Shown piece after piece: positions 8,475 through 16,482 of a stretch of DNA of 52,534 nucleotides; positions within the stretch are counted from its first letter, which is position 1, and each line of letters begins with the position of its first letter. The stretch spans positions 1 to 52,534 of the IMG/VR virus record IMGVR_UViG_3300036828_000700; one strand, written 5' to 3'. A program made the translations under genes and the position numbers. The notes under the pieces were generated by a model. It saw only the letters and a list, made by a program, of their open reading frames with translations. It ran no database searches and was not told the DNA's origin. Source of the DNA: a virus (taxonomy: Duplodnaviria; Caudoviricetes).

Positions 8475-8956
8475 ATCGCTACCGTGCCGCGGACCGATCC
8501 CTGATGTCGTTGTCGTCGCTCATTGGCAACCCTTGAAATCTCGCGATAACAGCCCTCGCTGCACGCCCGCAGCGCCTTCAGCTCGTTGGTAATTTCGTCG
8601 CGGATCACAATCTCCCCAGCGAAGCGGCCACCCGGGAGCACTTTCTTGCAGTGGTCGCAGAGCATCGCGGTGCGCGTGTTCTCGAGCTGCTGCAGACGCT
8701 TGGCGCAGCGGTCCAGCGTACCCTTCATGAAGTCGCAGAGCTGGCGCAGATTCTGCTCCGTGAAGTTCTTGTTGAGGTAGTCGATGGTTAGCGCACCGAG
8801 CTGCTCATAAAGCCGGTCGATGTCTAAGGTCGGCTCAAGCAGCGTGCCGTTACCGTTGTGATGCTCCTGCTCCTGCGGTCGCGGTTTCTTCTTCGCCGAC
8901 TTCTTTTTCTTCGTAGCGCCGAGGCTTCCCTCCATGTCGATTTCCATCACCGTCAC
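8471..8956 (-). CDS. hypothetical protein with CxxC...CSxxC zinc motif
   Basis: CDHC and ACSEGC motifs; basic N-terminus. Confidence 0.65.
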   Translation of the reverse strand: MTVMEIDMEGSLGATKKKKSAKKKPRPQEQEHHNGNGTLLEPTLDIDRLYEQLGALTIDYLNKNFTEQNLRQLCDFMKGTLDRCAKRLQQLENTRTAMLCDHCKKVLPGGRFAGEIVIRDEITNELKALRACSEGCYREISRVANERRQRHQGSVRGTVAM

Positions 8957-9162
8957 CTCAACGTATTGATTGCGCGTTCACGCCTGACCTGATCGCGCAG
9001 GAACTGCTTATATTCGGGCCGCGTGAGCACATTGACCTGTCCGCACGCGGAACACTGGAACACCCACTCCTGTTCGCTCTCCTGGATGCATTTCATCGGC
9101 TGTCCACCGCGCACACAGTAGGGCGCGCGGTTGCCGCAGCTAGGTGGTTGCGGTCGCATCAA
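8953..9162 (-). CDS. small zinc-ribbon protein
   Basis: PYCVRGG...FQCSACGQ. Confidence 0.6.
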   Translation of the reverse strand: MMRPQPPSCGNRAPYCVRGGQPMKCIQESEQEWVFQCSACGQVNVLTRPEYKQFLRDQVRRERAINTLR

Positions 9163-9887
9163 AGTACAACCCCTACGGCGAAGATGTTGCCGACCATGAC
9201 TGCGGCTGATCCAAAGACCCTGAATTCAATCGCGACCGCTGGGTAGAGCTTGGTGTCGGCATTGATGTCCATCTCCCACTGGGGCCACCCGGGTATCGGG
9301 GGATTTCCGTCCATGTTCAGATCGACCGTGTCCACCCTGAACATGGTCACGGTACGACTCTGCCCAGGCTCTATGGTCTCGGGGTCAGTGTCACCATTTC
9401 TTATGTCGGCGCAATGCGCGTAACCCAGATATGGATACATGGGCCGGTTGTTCTGCGAGGGGCGATCGACACCTAACCCCGTTGAGAAACTACCCCTGGC
9501 AGTGCCGCCCTTAACCAGCAGTGTCGCCATACTCAGAAACTGCACGCGGTTGGTTCCTGAAACCGGCGGCTGGATGCGGATTGGCTCGTTGCCAGTCGCA
9601 GACCCAGTACCGTAGGAACCTCCCTTACTGCCCGATGGAACTCGGTAGCCTGGTGGCCACGTGCCGGGAGCGATGTGAAGTGTGTTGTTGCCGGGTTGAA
9701 TGGTTCTCCAATTGGGGCTGCGATCCAGATAAAGGCAACCGTAGCCCGCAAACCCGCTCACCGCAGGGAACGACTGGCTAGCGCCTGAGTGACCTGAGAG
9801 CACATCGCTGCTGCCGCCCCCACCGGAAGGGTTATCGGGAATCTCTACCGAACCAGGCGTGCTTCCAACTACCGGATATTTAGCCAA
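9159..9887 (-). CDS. hypothetical Gly-rich beta protein, possibly virion-associated
   Basis: 242-aa ORF in the late unit. Confidence 0.6.
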   Translation of the reverse strand: MAKYPVVGSTPGSVEIPDNPSGGGGSSDVLSGHSGASQSFPAVSGFAGYGCLYLDRSPNWRTIQPGNNTLHIAPGTWPPGYRVPSGSKGGSYGTGSATGNEPIRIQPPVSGTNRVQFLSMATLLVKGGTARGSFSTGLGVDRPSQNNRPMYPYLGYAHCADIRNGDTDPETIEPGQSRTVTMFRVDTVDLNMDGNPPIPGWPQWEMDINADTKLYPAVAIEFRVFGSAAVMVGNIFAVGVVL

Positions 9888-10031
9888 TGGAAAAGATCCT
9901 CCGGTCGGAGCTGTACTGACTTGGTCGGGGTCGCCTTGGGTTTCGGATGTTTCTTTTTATGATGAGTCTTCGCCAGTGCCAGACTGGTCATCAAGAAGAA
10001 CGTCATCACCAACACAATTATTGACTTCACA

Positions 10032-10619
10032 CTATCTCACCTGGAAGATGTCCTTCACCCCACGTCCTGTTGCCAGCGCTTTCTCCACCGTCTGGAAATC
10101 CGCCGCATCCTGGTCCGGTGTCACCGAACTCTCACGCGGATGCGGATTCAGACGCGGATGATCCGCAGGCAGACTAGCGGGGATATCCGTCCGCGGACCA
10201 TCCTTGGAGACATACGAATTCTCAAACAGACGCGCTGGCTGGGGACCTGCGGCCGTTTCCGCATTCGCACCGCCAATCACGATGGGATTCGGCCTCTTCT
10301 GGGAATGTGGCCGCCCTCGCTTGCGCTTCACGCGAGCTACGGGCTTCGGCTCTCGGGGGGAATGAGCCTCGACCTGCGGGCGGCCGACCTCAACTGTAGC
10401 AGCCGGTGGTGATGGAGGCTTGATCATTCCCGCTCGAGCACGCGGTACGAATAGTTCAGGAATCCCGCCGAAGTCCTGGGTCAGTTTGAGAAACCACTCA
10501 TCTGACTTGCCCACCGCTTCCTTCAACGCAGCACGCAGATCGACCGCGTCTCGAGCGGTCAGCGTGTCCCATTCGATTCCGCGCAACAGCTTTAAAAATT
10601 CCGGTCCAATCCCGGTCAT
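10032..10619 (-). CDS. hypothetical protein with an AT-hook-like KRKRGRP motif
   Basis: 195-aa ORF. Confidence 0.6.
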   Translation of the reverse strand: MTGIGPEFLKLLRGIEWDTLTARDAVDLRAALKEAVGKSDEWFLKLTQDFGGIPELFVPRARAGMIKPPSPPAATVEVGRPQVEAHSPREPKPVARVKRKRGRPHSQKRPNPIVIGGANAETAAGPQPARLFENSYVSKDGPRTDIPASLPADHPRLNPHPRESSVTPDQDAADFQTVEKALATGRGVKDIFQVR

Positions 10620-10620
10620 G

Positions 10621-10776
10621 CTAGTCTGGATCCAACGGTACGTCCTTGCTCAGGTCCAGCAACTGGTTCAAATAGTCCTGACAGTCATTCAACAACAACT
10701 GGTCGCTGACCTGCTGGCGTTTCTGCCCTAAGCTGGCTGCGAACTGCTTGATCTCTTCGTATTGATGATCGGTCAT
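10621..10776 (-). CDS. small helical protein, paralog of 10778-10969
   Basis: MTDHQYEEIKQFAASLGQKRQQVSDQLLLNDCQDYL. Confidence 0.65.
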   Translation of the reverse strand: MTDHQYEEIKQFAASLGQKRQQVSDQLLLNDCQDYLNQLLDLSKDVPLDPD

Positions 10777-10777
10777 C

Positions 10778-10969
10778 TCAGTCCTCATCAGGCGTTGGCT
10801 CCGGTGCCGGATCCGGCTCCAACGGCGCGTTCGCGTAGTTGACCAGCCCGACCAAGTCACTCAAAAATTTCTGACAACGGTCAAGCAACTGCTGATCGTT
10901 TACCTGCTGCCGAAGCTGCACCAGATTAGCCGCAAACACGGTGATCTCATCAAACTCGCTCTGAAGCAT
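10778..10969 (-). CDS. small helical protein, paralog of 10621-10776
   Basis: AAGGAGAG SD; MLQSEFDEITVFAANLVQLRQQVNDQQLLDRCQKFL. Confidence 0.7.
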   Translation of the reverse strand: MLQSEFDEITVFAANLVQLRQQVNDQQLLDRCQKFLSDLVGLVNYANAPLEPDPAPEPTPDED

Positions 10970-10984
10970 AACTGTCTCTCTCCT

Positions 10985-11521
10985 TTAATGGTGGGGTGCC
11001 GCCGGAATCTCGAAGCTCGGAGGATATGACGTTCGCCCGGGCGGATACGGCGGATTAGGCTCTGCTGAGACTGGCGCCTTCCTCTGATTCGGAACCACCG
11101 TGCTCGTCGCTGTCGCGGTCGTCACTGGTGGATTGGTCGGATTCATTTGCGGCGTCGGTGAAATGCTCTGGATCGGAACCACCGTCGGGCTCGAGGTCGG
11201 GGTCGGCACGGTCTGCGTCGCGGTCGCGGTCGCGGTCTGCGCCTGCGCTCCAGGCTGATAGGAATTGATCACCACCGCTGTCAGCGCCAGCATCGGCCAG
11301 AAAATCAGGTTCTTCATGCTGACAACCTCTCTCACGCCGCCCACCTTCGCGTGCGCCACCAGATCCACATAAGCGCTGCCCCCATCATCATGCCGGTAGT
11401 CATTCCCACTGCCAGGACTACCAGCACCCCAACCGCTGCGATGTCCAGTATCCATATATGATGATGCCGCCCTAGCCTTCTTCTCCTCGCTATAGAACCA
11501 ATCTCTTGAGTACCACGGCAT
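10985..11521 (-). CDS. Pro/Thr-rich exported protein (probable internal start at 11317, MKNLIFW...)
   Basis: Signal-peptide-like MKNLIFWPMLALTAVVINSYQPGAQA followed by a Thr/Pro-rich tract. Confidence 0.55.
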   Translation of the reverse strand: MPWYSRDWFYSEEKKARAASSYMDTGHRSGWGAGSPGSGNDYRHDDGGSAYVDLVAHAKVGGVREVVSMKNLIFWPMLALTAVVINSYQPGAQAQTATATATQTVPTPTSSPTVVPIQSISPTPQMNPTNPPVTTATATSTVVPNQRKAPVSAEPNPPYPPGRTSYPPSFEIPAAPHH

Positions 11522-11564
11522 AGATCGAGCTTCTCAACTACCGCCTCCCTGACCGGCGGCTTCT

Positions 11565-11804
11565 CTACCGCCGTCTCCCGAAAAAACTCCGCCCCGACCG
11601 CTGCAATAGTTCCGGCGGAAAATTGTCCCGATGCGGCATCCCAGTGCGATCCGTCCACACCACGTTAACCCGCCCAGAGTCCGTTATCTCCTCGACCTGC
11701 ATCTTCGGACTCCCACTCCGCAACTGCACCAGCTCCCCTGCCCGCAACGGATACTCCGCAAGATCCCCGCGACTCTGATTCACCATTCGTGCATAACCCA
11801 GCAT
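11565..11804 (-). CDS. YodC/DUF2158-like small protein
   Basis: AGELVQLRSGSPKMQV...VNVVW...FPPELL pattern. Confidence 0.7.
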   Translation of the reverse strand: MLGYARMVNQSRGDLAEYPLRAGELVQLRSGSPKMQVEEITDSGRVNVVWTDRTGMPHRDNFPPELLQRSGRSFFGRRR

Positions 11805-11857
11805 ACTTAACCCCTATCTCGGACCTCCCATCCTACGTCAATCGTCAGGACGGAAAA

Positions 11858-12627
11858 GCGCTCAAACTGTTATCGGGTTTCTCACACGCTACGGCTCGCT
11901 CAGTCTCCATGGGTATCTCGCCTTGGTCGGCTCGCTTCATGATATCGGGTTACTCAACATCCGCGGCTCGCTCATCACGGTCGGGGTTTCTCCGACTTCA
12001 CGGCTCGCTCAGGTGTACCGGGGTGCTCATCTTTGGCGGCTCGCTCGACTGGAGCGGAATCCTCTCTTATCACGGCTCGCTCTGCTGTGTCGGAATTCTC
12101 AATATTGACGGCTCGCTCACTTCATCTGGGTGACTCCATCAAGTCGGCTCGCTCTCTGGGGAATCGGGTGTCTCGTTATTTACGGCTCGCTCTGAGGGGT
12201 CGGGTTACTCGCCAACGGCGGCTCGCTCACGAATTACGGGTGTTCTCTGATCGCGCGGCTCGCTTCCATGCTACGGGTGCCTCTTTGCTTACGGCTCGCT
12301 CTAACAAATCGGGGTGCTCCTCCGTAACGGCTCGCTCATGTATGTCGGGTTCCTCAATACTGGCGGCTCGCTCAGACTACACGGGCATCTCCTTGTTGAC
12401 GGCTCGCTCGCGCCATACGGATGTCTCACAGAATGCGGCTCGCTCAACTACCCTGGGTTTCTCGTGGACAGCGGCTCGCTCCGATGTTTGCGGGTGTCTC
12501 CTCATCCACGGCTCGCTTCTGGATAGTGGGTTTCTCACGCTGGACGGCTCGCTCATTCATCGCGGGTTAACTCAGCGAAGACGGCTCGCTCCACGGAGAC
12601 GGGTGACTCACAAATCTCGGCTCACGC
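11858..12627 (-). ncRNA. TIGR-type dual-repeat guide-RNA array, 21 units of about 36 nt
   Basis: + strand CGGCTCGCTY starts at 11892, 11928, 11964, 12001, 12037, 12073, 12109, 12145, 12183, 12219, 12256, 12292, 12328, 12364, 12400, 12436, 12472, 12509, 12545 and 12582, with partial copies at 12618 and about 11858. These alternate with a second repeat YGGRnnnCTC, and unique spacers of mostly 8 nt lie between them. Confidence 0.88.
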
Positions 12628-13473
12628 CACCTTTATAAGCGTGCTGTGTCCCAGCTTCTCGATCGCATACGGCAGCGGCGGCTCCTTCTTGAACTTCCTC
12701 CGATACGCCTCTGCCCACCACTCCCGCAAAAAGATCTTCGTCGCCCACCGCTGCGCCCGCCGATCAATCCGCCCATCCGGTAACCGGCCCGCCTCGTAAA
12801 TCACCCGCATCTCCTTCTTGAACTTCTTCGCCGCCAGCGTCGCCCTGGCCGTCTCCGCATTCATCCCGCTCAAGTTGCGCTCCACCTCCAGGCGCTTGCG
12901 CTGCTCATACAACTTCCCGAATACACAGTCCTCCCGATTGTGAAACTTCATGAACGAATCCCCCAGCTTGTACGCTATCTGCTTCCCCAACGCACTCCAC
13001 GGCCGCTTCTCCCCCTTCCTCCACACCACCGTCGGATCCAATCCGTAGAACCTCCAGATCTTCGACGGCGTCGTCGCGATATCCATATTGATCGTAGCCA
13101 GTAATCCCGCCGAGATGATCGGTCCTACTCCAACGAACGAACGCGCCCACATCCCCATCCCCGTCGTCTCCTCCCTCGTGTACTGCTCCAGCATCGCAAA
13201 TATCGCCTTCTCCGTATCCCGATCCCTCCCCGCCAACCAACTCAGCAACTGCGCACTCGCCCCAGCCTCCTCCGTCTTCCTCGCCCTGTGTGCACTCGAT
13301 ATCCGAAACTGCTGCTGATCGTAATACGACTCCACCAGATACCTCACGATCGTCAGCCCCCTACTCGGATCCTCTGCCAGTCGAGCTACTGCGGCTTTCG
13401 CATCCGCCCTCAGCAAACTCGCCGTCTCCGGATTCACCATCTCCTCATCTACCACCAATTCCATTCTCGCCAT
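12622..13473 (-). CDS. Tas-like Nop/IS110 C-terminal domain protein without a nuclease domain (TasA-like)
   Basis: WARSFVGVGPIISAGLLATI..TPSKIWRFYGLDP..RKGEK resembles the IS110 C-terminal/Nop fold. The N-terminus is helical (YYDQQQFRI) and no RuvC DEDD or HNH motif is visible. Perfect GGAGGTGATC SD; the array begins at its stop codon. Confidence 0.82.
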   Translation of the reverse strand: MARMELVVDEEMVNPETASLLRADAKAAVARLAEDPSRGLTIVRYLVESYYDQQQFRISSAHRARKTEEAGASAQLLSWLAGRDRDTEKAIFAMLEQYTREETTGMGMWARSFVGVGPIISAGLLATINMDIATTPSKIWRFYGLDPTVVWRKGEKRPWSALGKQIAYKLGDSFMKFHNREDCVFGKLYEQRKRLEVERNLSGMNAETARATLAAKKFKKEMRVIYEAGRLPDGRIDRRAQRWATKIFLREWWAEAYRRKFKKEPPLPYAIEKLGHSTLIKVA

Positions 13474-14053
13474 CTTCGGATCACCTCCCGCTCTTTTCTC
13501 TGTAGCTACCTAGGAATTTTTTTTCCACCCAGCCACGACACAGAGGTGCTGAAGACCACCGCGCGCGCCGGGGCCGCCGCCGGCCAGGCTTGGAGCCATC
13601 GGACGGGCGGGTCAAGCCAAGCCAAGGCACAGGACGACCGCATCTATCGGCACAGGCAAAAGAAAGGATGCGTTATCCTTTTCACACAGGATAAAGACCA
13701 GCGTCCGCGCGGACTATTGGCGGACGATCGCTCTGGTTGGAAACAGGTTGGAATTCAGTAGCCTTTTGGCTTCTGCTTCGACGTCAGAGCATACGGACTA
13801 TCTATTGGCTTCGTTGGCTTCGCTGCCTTGACGTGTCCTGCCCAACGAGCCTGTCGAGCCAGCACAAGGTTTGGAAAGCCCTGTGCACGCCAGAATCGTG
13901 CACGCGCTATGCCCTGTGCCGTGGCTCGTGCGACGTTCGCGGATTTTGAATCGAACAGCATACTCGACAGGGATTAGATGAGAGCACAGGGCAGGATTGC
14001 GAGAAAGCCGATCATTCGATTGAAGAAAATCTTAGGTGCACACGTCAAACCTA

Positions 14054-14082
14054 TTGACAGATGATAAGCAGAAGAGCATAGT
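14054..14082 (+). promoter_or_regulatory. early sigma70-type promoter with an operator in its spacer
   Basis: TTGACA (14054-14059), 17 bp spacer, CATAGT; TGATAAGCA at 14062-14070. Confidence 0.6.
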
Positions 14083-14123
14083 TAGATTGTCAATCGAAAC
14101 GTTCCCAAAGAAGAGGAGCGACA

Positions 14124-14864
14124 ATGGTCACAAAGAGCAGGACCACACAGGGCAGAATCAATCGCAATGGATTGGTTCTATGGGAATCCGCGACACAGGT
14201 TGCGATTGCTACGGGATTTAAAAGGCCTTCGGCTAATCGCAAGACTGGCAAAATGATTCAGATCTTTATCATCGTGAAGCAGGTTGATCCTGTTACTGCG
14301 ATACACACAGGGCAGGACGAAGCAGTGTGCTTCTCTTGCAAACTGCGCGGACGAATCAACGAGGAAGGAAAGCTTGTCGAGCGAGCCTGTTACGTTGATT
14401 TGCCAAAGAGCGTGCTGTCAGTCTGGAATTGCTTTCATCGTGGTGGATATCGCAAGCTTGAAGACTACTCTGTGTTTGACGGACGCAACGTCCGCTTTGG
14501 CGCATACGGAGAGCCTGTCCTGCTTCCTCTAGACATGGTTCGCGAGATAGCAGGACGCGCAAGCAAACGCACAGGCTACACCCATCGTTGGAAGGAAGTA
14601 GCGATCCAAGGCTACCGTCATTTCTTTATGGCGTCCTGTGACCAGAGCGATTATCAGGAAGCCGAAGCACTAGGCTGGCGGACGTTTAGCGTGAGCGAGG
14701 AAGCACTAGAGAAGCACGTCCTGTGTCCTGCTTCTGAGGAAGCAGGAAAGCGGACCAATTGCGCTAAGTGTGGCCTGTGCTCTGGCACTAGCCTACAGGC
14801 ACGCTCGATTTGGATTCCTGCCCATGGTCAAGGCAAGAAATACGCTTACAAGGTTGCAGCGTAG
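14124..14864 (+). CDS. conserved Cys-rich phage early protein (Gp88-like/radical-SAM-like, tentative)
   Basis: SANRKTG.MIQ, C..C...CYV, RFGAYGEP, TGYTHRW, MASCD, GWRTF, CPA...C..CGLC motifs. Confidence 0.7.
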   Translation: MVTKSRTTQGRINRNGLVLWESATQVAIATGFKRPSANRKTGKMIQIFIIVKQVDPVTAIHTGQDEAVCFSCKLRGRINEEGKLVERACYVDLPKSVLSVWNCFHRGGYRKLEDYSVFDGRNVRFGAYGEPVLLPLDMVREIAGRASKRTGYTHRWKEVAIQGYRHFFMASCDQSDYQEAEALGWRTFSVSEEALEKHVLCPASEEAGKRTNCAKCGLCSGTSLQARSIWIPAHGQGKKYAYKVAA

Positions 14865-14920
14865 GCTAGCACGGACGATAATCAAACTGACTCAATATTC
14901 CCAAAGACGAGGAAACGATC

Positions 14921-15184
14921 ATGGAAAACATTTGCAACGATTGTCTGCACAACCAGTGTGATGACTGTTACGAATCCGATTGCCAGTGCAATCTTTCCAG
15001 TCATACGCTCGCAGCCGGATTGCTTCTGCGTTTCGCAGCCGAAGCAGTCAATCCCGATCATGACGTTGATATTCAGACTGGCAACGTCACGATTCAATTC
15101 CTGACCAAAGACGGCGCGAATGATCAGGCTGAGTTCAACCTGCTGATCAACGGACGCACCTATCATGTGACGGTGCGAGCATAG
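14921..15184 (+). CDS. hypothetical protein with a Cys-rich N-terminus
   Basis: GAGG SD; C..C...C..C....C.C. Confidence 0.65.
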   Translation: MENICNDCLHNQCDDCYESDCQCNLSSHTLAAGLLLRFAAEAVNPDHDVDIQTGNVTIQFLTKDGANDQAEFNLLINGRTYHVTVRA

Positions 15185-15211
15185 CGTGTATCGCGCGTAC
15201 AGGAGAGCATC

Positions 15212-15442
15212 ATGAAAATCGGCGACAAGGTTGCTTATTCGGTCAAGTGGCTGCGGTCCTGCGGAATCTACACAGGTCCGATACCGTTTGCGCGCGGTGT
15301 AGTCACGGGTATCGCGCGTATGGGGTCACGGTACGACGGCACCACGATCGCGACGGTGGATTGGGGCGACGATGAAATTCCGTCCAAGGTAAACGCCGCG
15401 AATCTGGTCCGCGTGGCTGATTTACACAAGGAACTTTCTTAA
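15212..15442 (+). CDS. SH3-like small protein
   Basis: AGGAG SD; MKIGDKVAY...RGVVTGI...ATVDW. Confidence 0.7.
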   Translation: MKIGDKVAYSVKWLRSCGIYTGPIPFARGVVTGIARMGSRYDGTTIATVDWGDDEIPSKVNAANLVRVADLHKELS

Positions 15443-15471
15443 CGGGAAATTTCCCAAAGACGAGGAACATC

Positions 15472-15744
15472 ATGGACGAAAGACTCAAATCGATTTTGCA
15501 GCGGATGGACTATTTCACGGTCGCTGCTTTGGCAGAACGCATCGAAGCACTAGGCGCGGACGCTGTGAGCGAATTGCGTGCCCTAGCAGAGCAGAAGCAT
15601 CGGCGCGCGATATGGGATGGACGTGCCTACATCCGCCCTGACGTTGCCCTGCAGATGGACGCGATTGTAGCGATTACCAAGGGATTGAATTTCAGCAAAC
15701 GCCGCACGGGCAAAAATGGATCGCGCGTGCGGACAACCAACTAA
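15472..15744 (+). CDS. hypothetical early protein
   Basis: GAGG SD, 90 aa. Confidence 0.65.
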   Translation: MDERLKSILQRMDYFTVAALAERIEALGADAVSELRALAEQKHRRAIWDGRAYIRPDVALQMDAIVAITKGLNFSKRRTGKNGSRVRTTN

Positions 15745-15767
15745 TTTTCCCACAGGAGAGGAAAGCA

Positions 15768-16406
15768 ATGAGCAAGTCACTTTGGCTAGACGAGTTTGGC
15801 AAGGAATACGCGCCCGATGTGGTGGTCGAGGATCTGCTTTCGATTCGTGGCGTGGTTGACGATTCGTGGCATAACGATGTAGCGCCGCACTTCCGCTTTG
15901 AGCGGGATAACGCCGCTGTCGAGCTGTGGTTCTACACTGCGGATCCGAATGACCGCGCAAACGAGGGCGACAGCATCCCACCGGATCAGCCGCGCTATGT
16001 GGTCTACGACATAGCTCCGGACGCGCGCGGGCAACTAGAGGAAATCCCTGACTACGGTGCCGCACAGGTCGCCTATCAGGGCGAGAGTGGGTGCGGGGCG
16101 GTCGCGAAGTTCCTTGAGCTATCGCGCCTGCCACAGGCTGTGGGCGACAAGTTTGCCAAGCTTCTGCGCCGCGAGCTGACCCCTGCGGAATTCTCAGAGA
16201 TGCGCCGCCGCAATCGCGATGCTGGCGATGTCCATGGATTCTGCGCCAGCCACGATTTTTGCGATGCGAATATGCCGATGGCTGAGGCCCTGCTCGTGGT
16301 CACGGGCTGCGAACCTTCCTTTGAGCATGACGCGATAACTGAGCTGTGGAATCAGGCGTGGGATTACGCCAAGCGCGAGCATCTGACCGCACGCAAAGAC
16401 GCCTAA
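15768..16406 (+). CDS. hypothetical early protein (two fused modules: DxSWHND..P and CASHDFCDANM.M)
   Basis: Both motifs are visible in the translation; SD present. Confidence 0.75.
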   Translation: MSKSLWLDEFGKEYAPDVVVEDLLSIRGVVDDSWHNDVAPHFRFERDNAAVELWFYTADPNDRANEGDSIPPDQPRYVVYDIAPDARGQLEEIPDYGAAQVAYQGESGCGAVAKFLELSRLPQAVGDKFAKLLRRELTPAEFSEMRRRNRDAGDVHGFCASHDFCDANMPMAEALLVVTGCEPSFEHDAITELWNQAWDYAKREHLTARKDA

Positions 16407-16460
16407 CTGACGAGGGGCGACACCCCGAAATCCGCGTCTGAGGTGGCGCGGATATTAGGC
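16401..16460 (+). ncRNA. type I hammerhead ribozyme
   Basis: Stem I GCCTAA/TTAGGC; core CTGACGA; stem II GGGG-cgaca-CCCC; GAAA; stem III TCCGCGTC/GGCGCGGA; cleavage triplet ATA at 16452-16454. Confidence 0.88.
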
Positions 16461-16482
16461 TACGAAACCCAAAGACGAGGTT

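Noticed and set aside
11858-12627. CRISPR array
   Set aside because: There are two alternating 10-nt repeats with 8-10-nt spacers, far shorter than CRISPR repeats and spacers, and no cas operon.
11789-12638. + strand ORFs with TARS/GSL repeats over the array
   Set aside because: They are by-products of the 36-nt period, are broken by the 37/38-nt units, and run antisense to the operon.
12622-13473. IS110 insertion sequence transposase
   Set aside because: It lacks the N-terminal DEDD RuvC domain and the catalytic SG motif, and it is associated with a repeat array rather than IS ends.
14892-15189. Self-targeting by array spacers (TCAATATT at 14892, TAGCGTGT at 15182)
   Set aside because: Single 8-mers are expected by chance in 52 kb and the partner spacer is not adjacent. 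An exhaustive search was not possible by eye.
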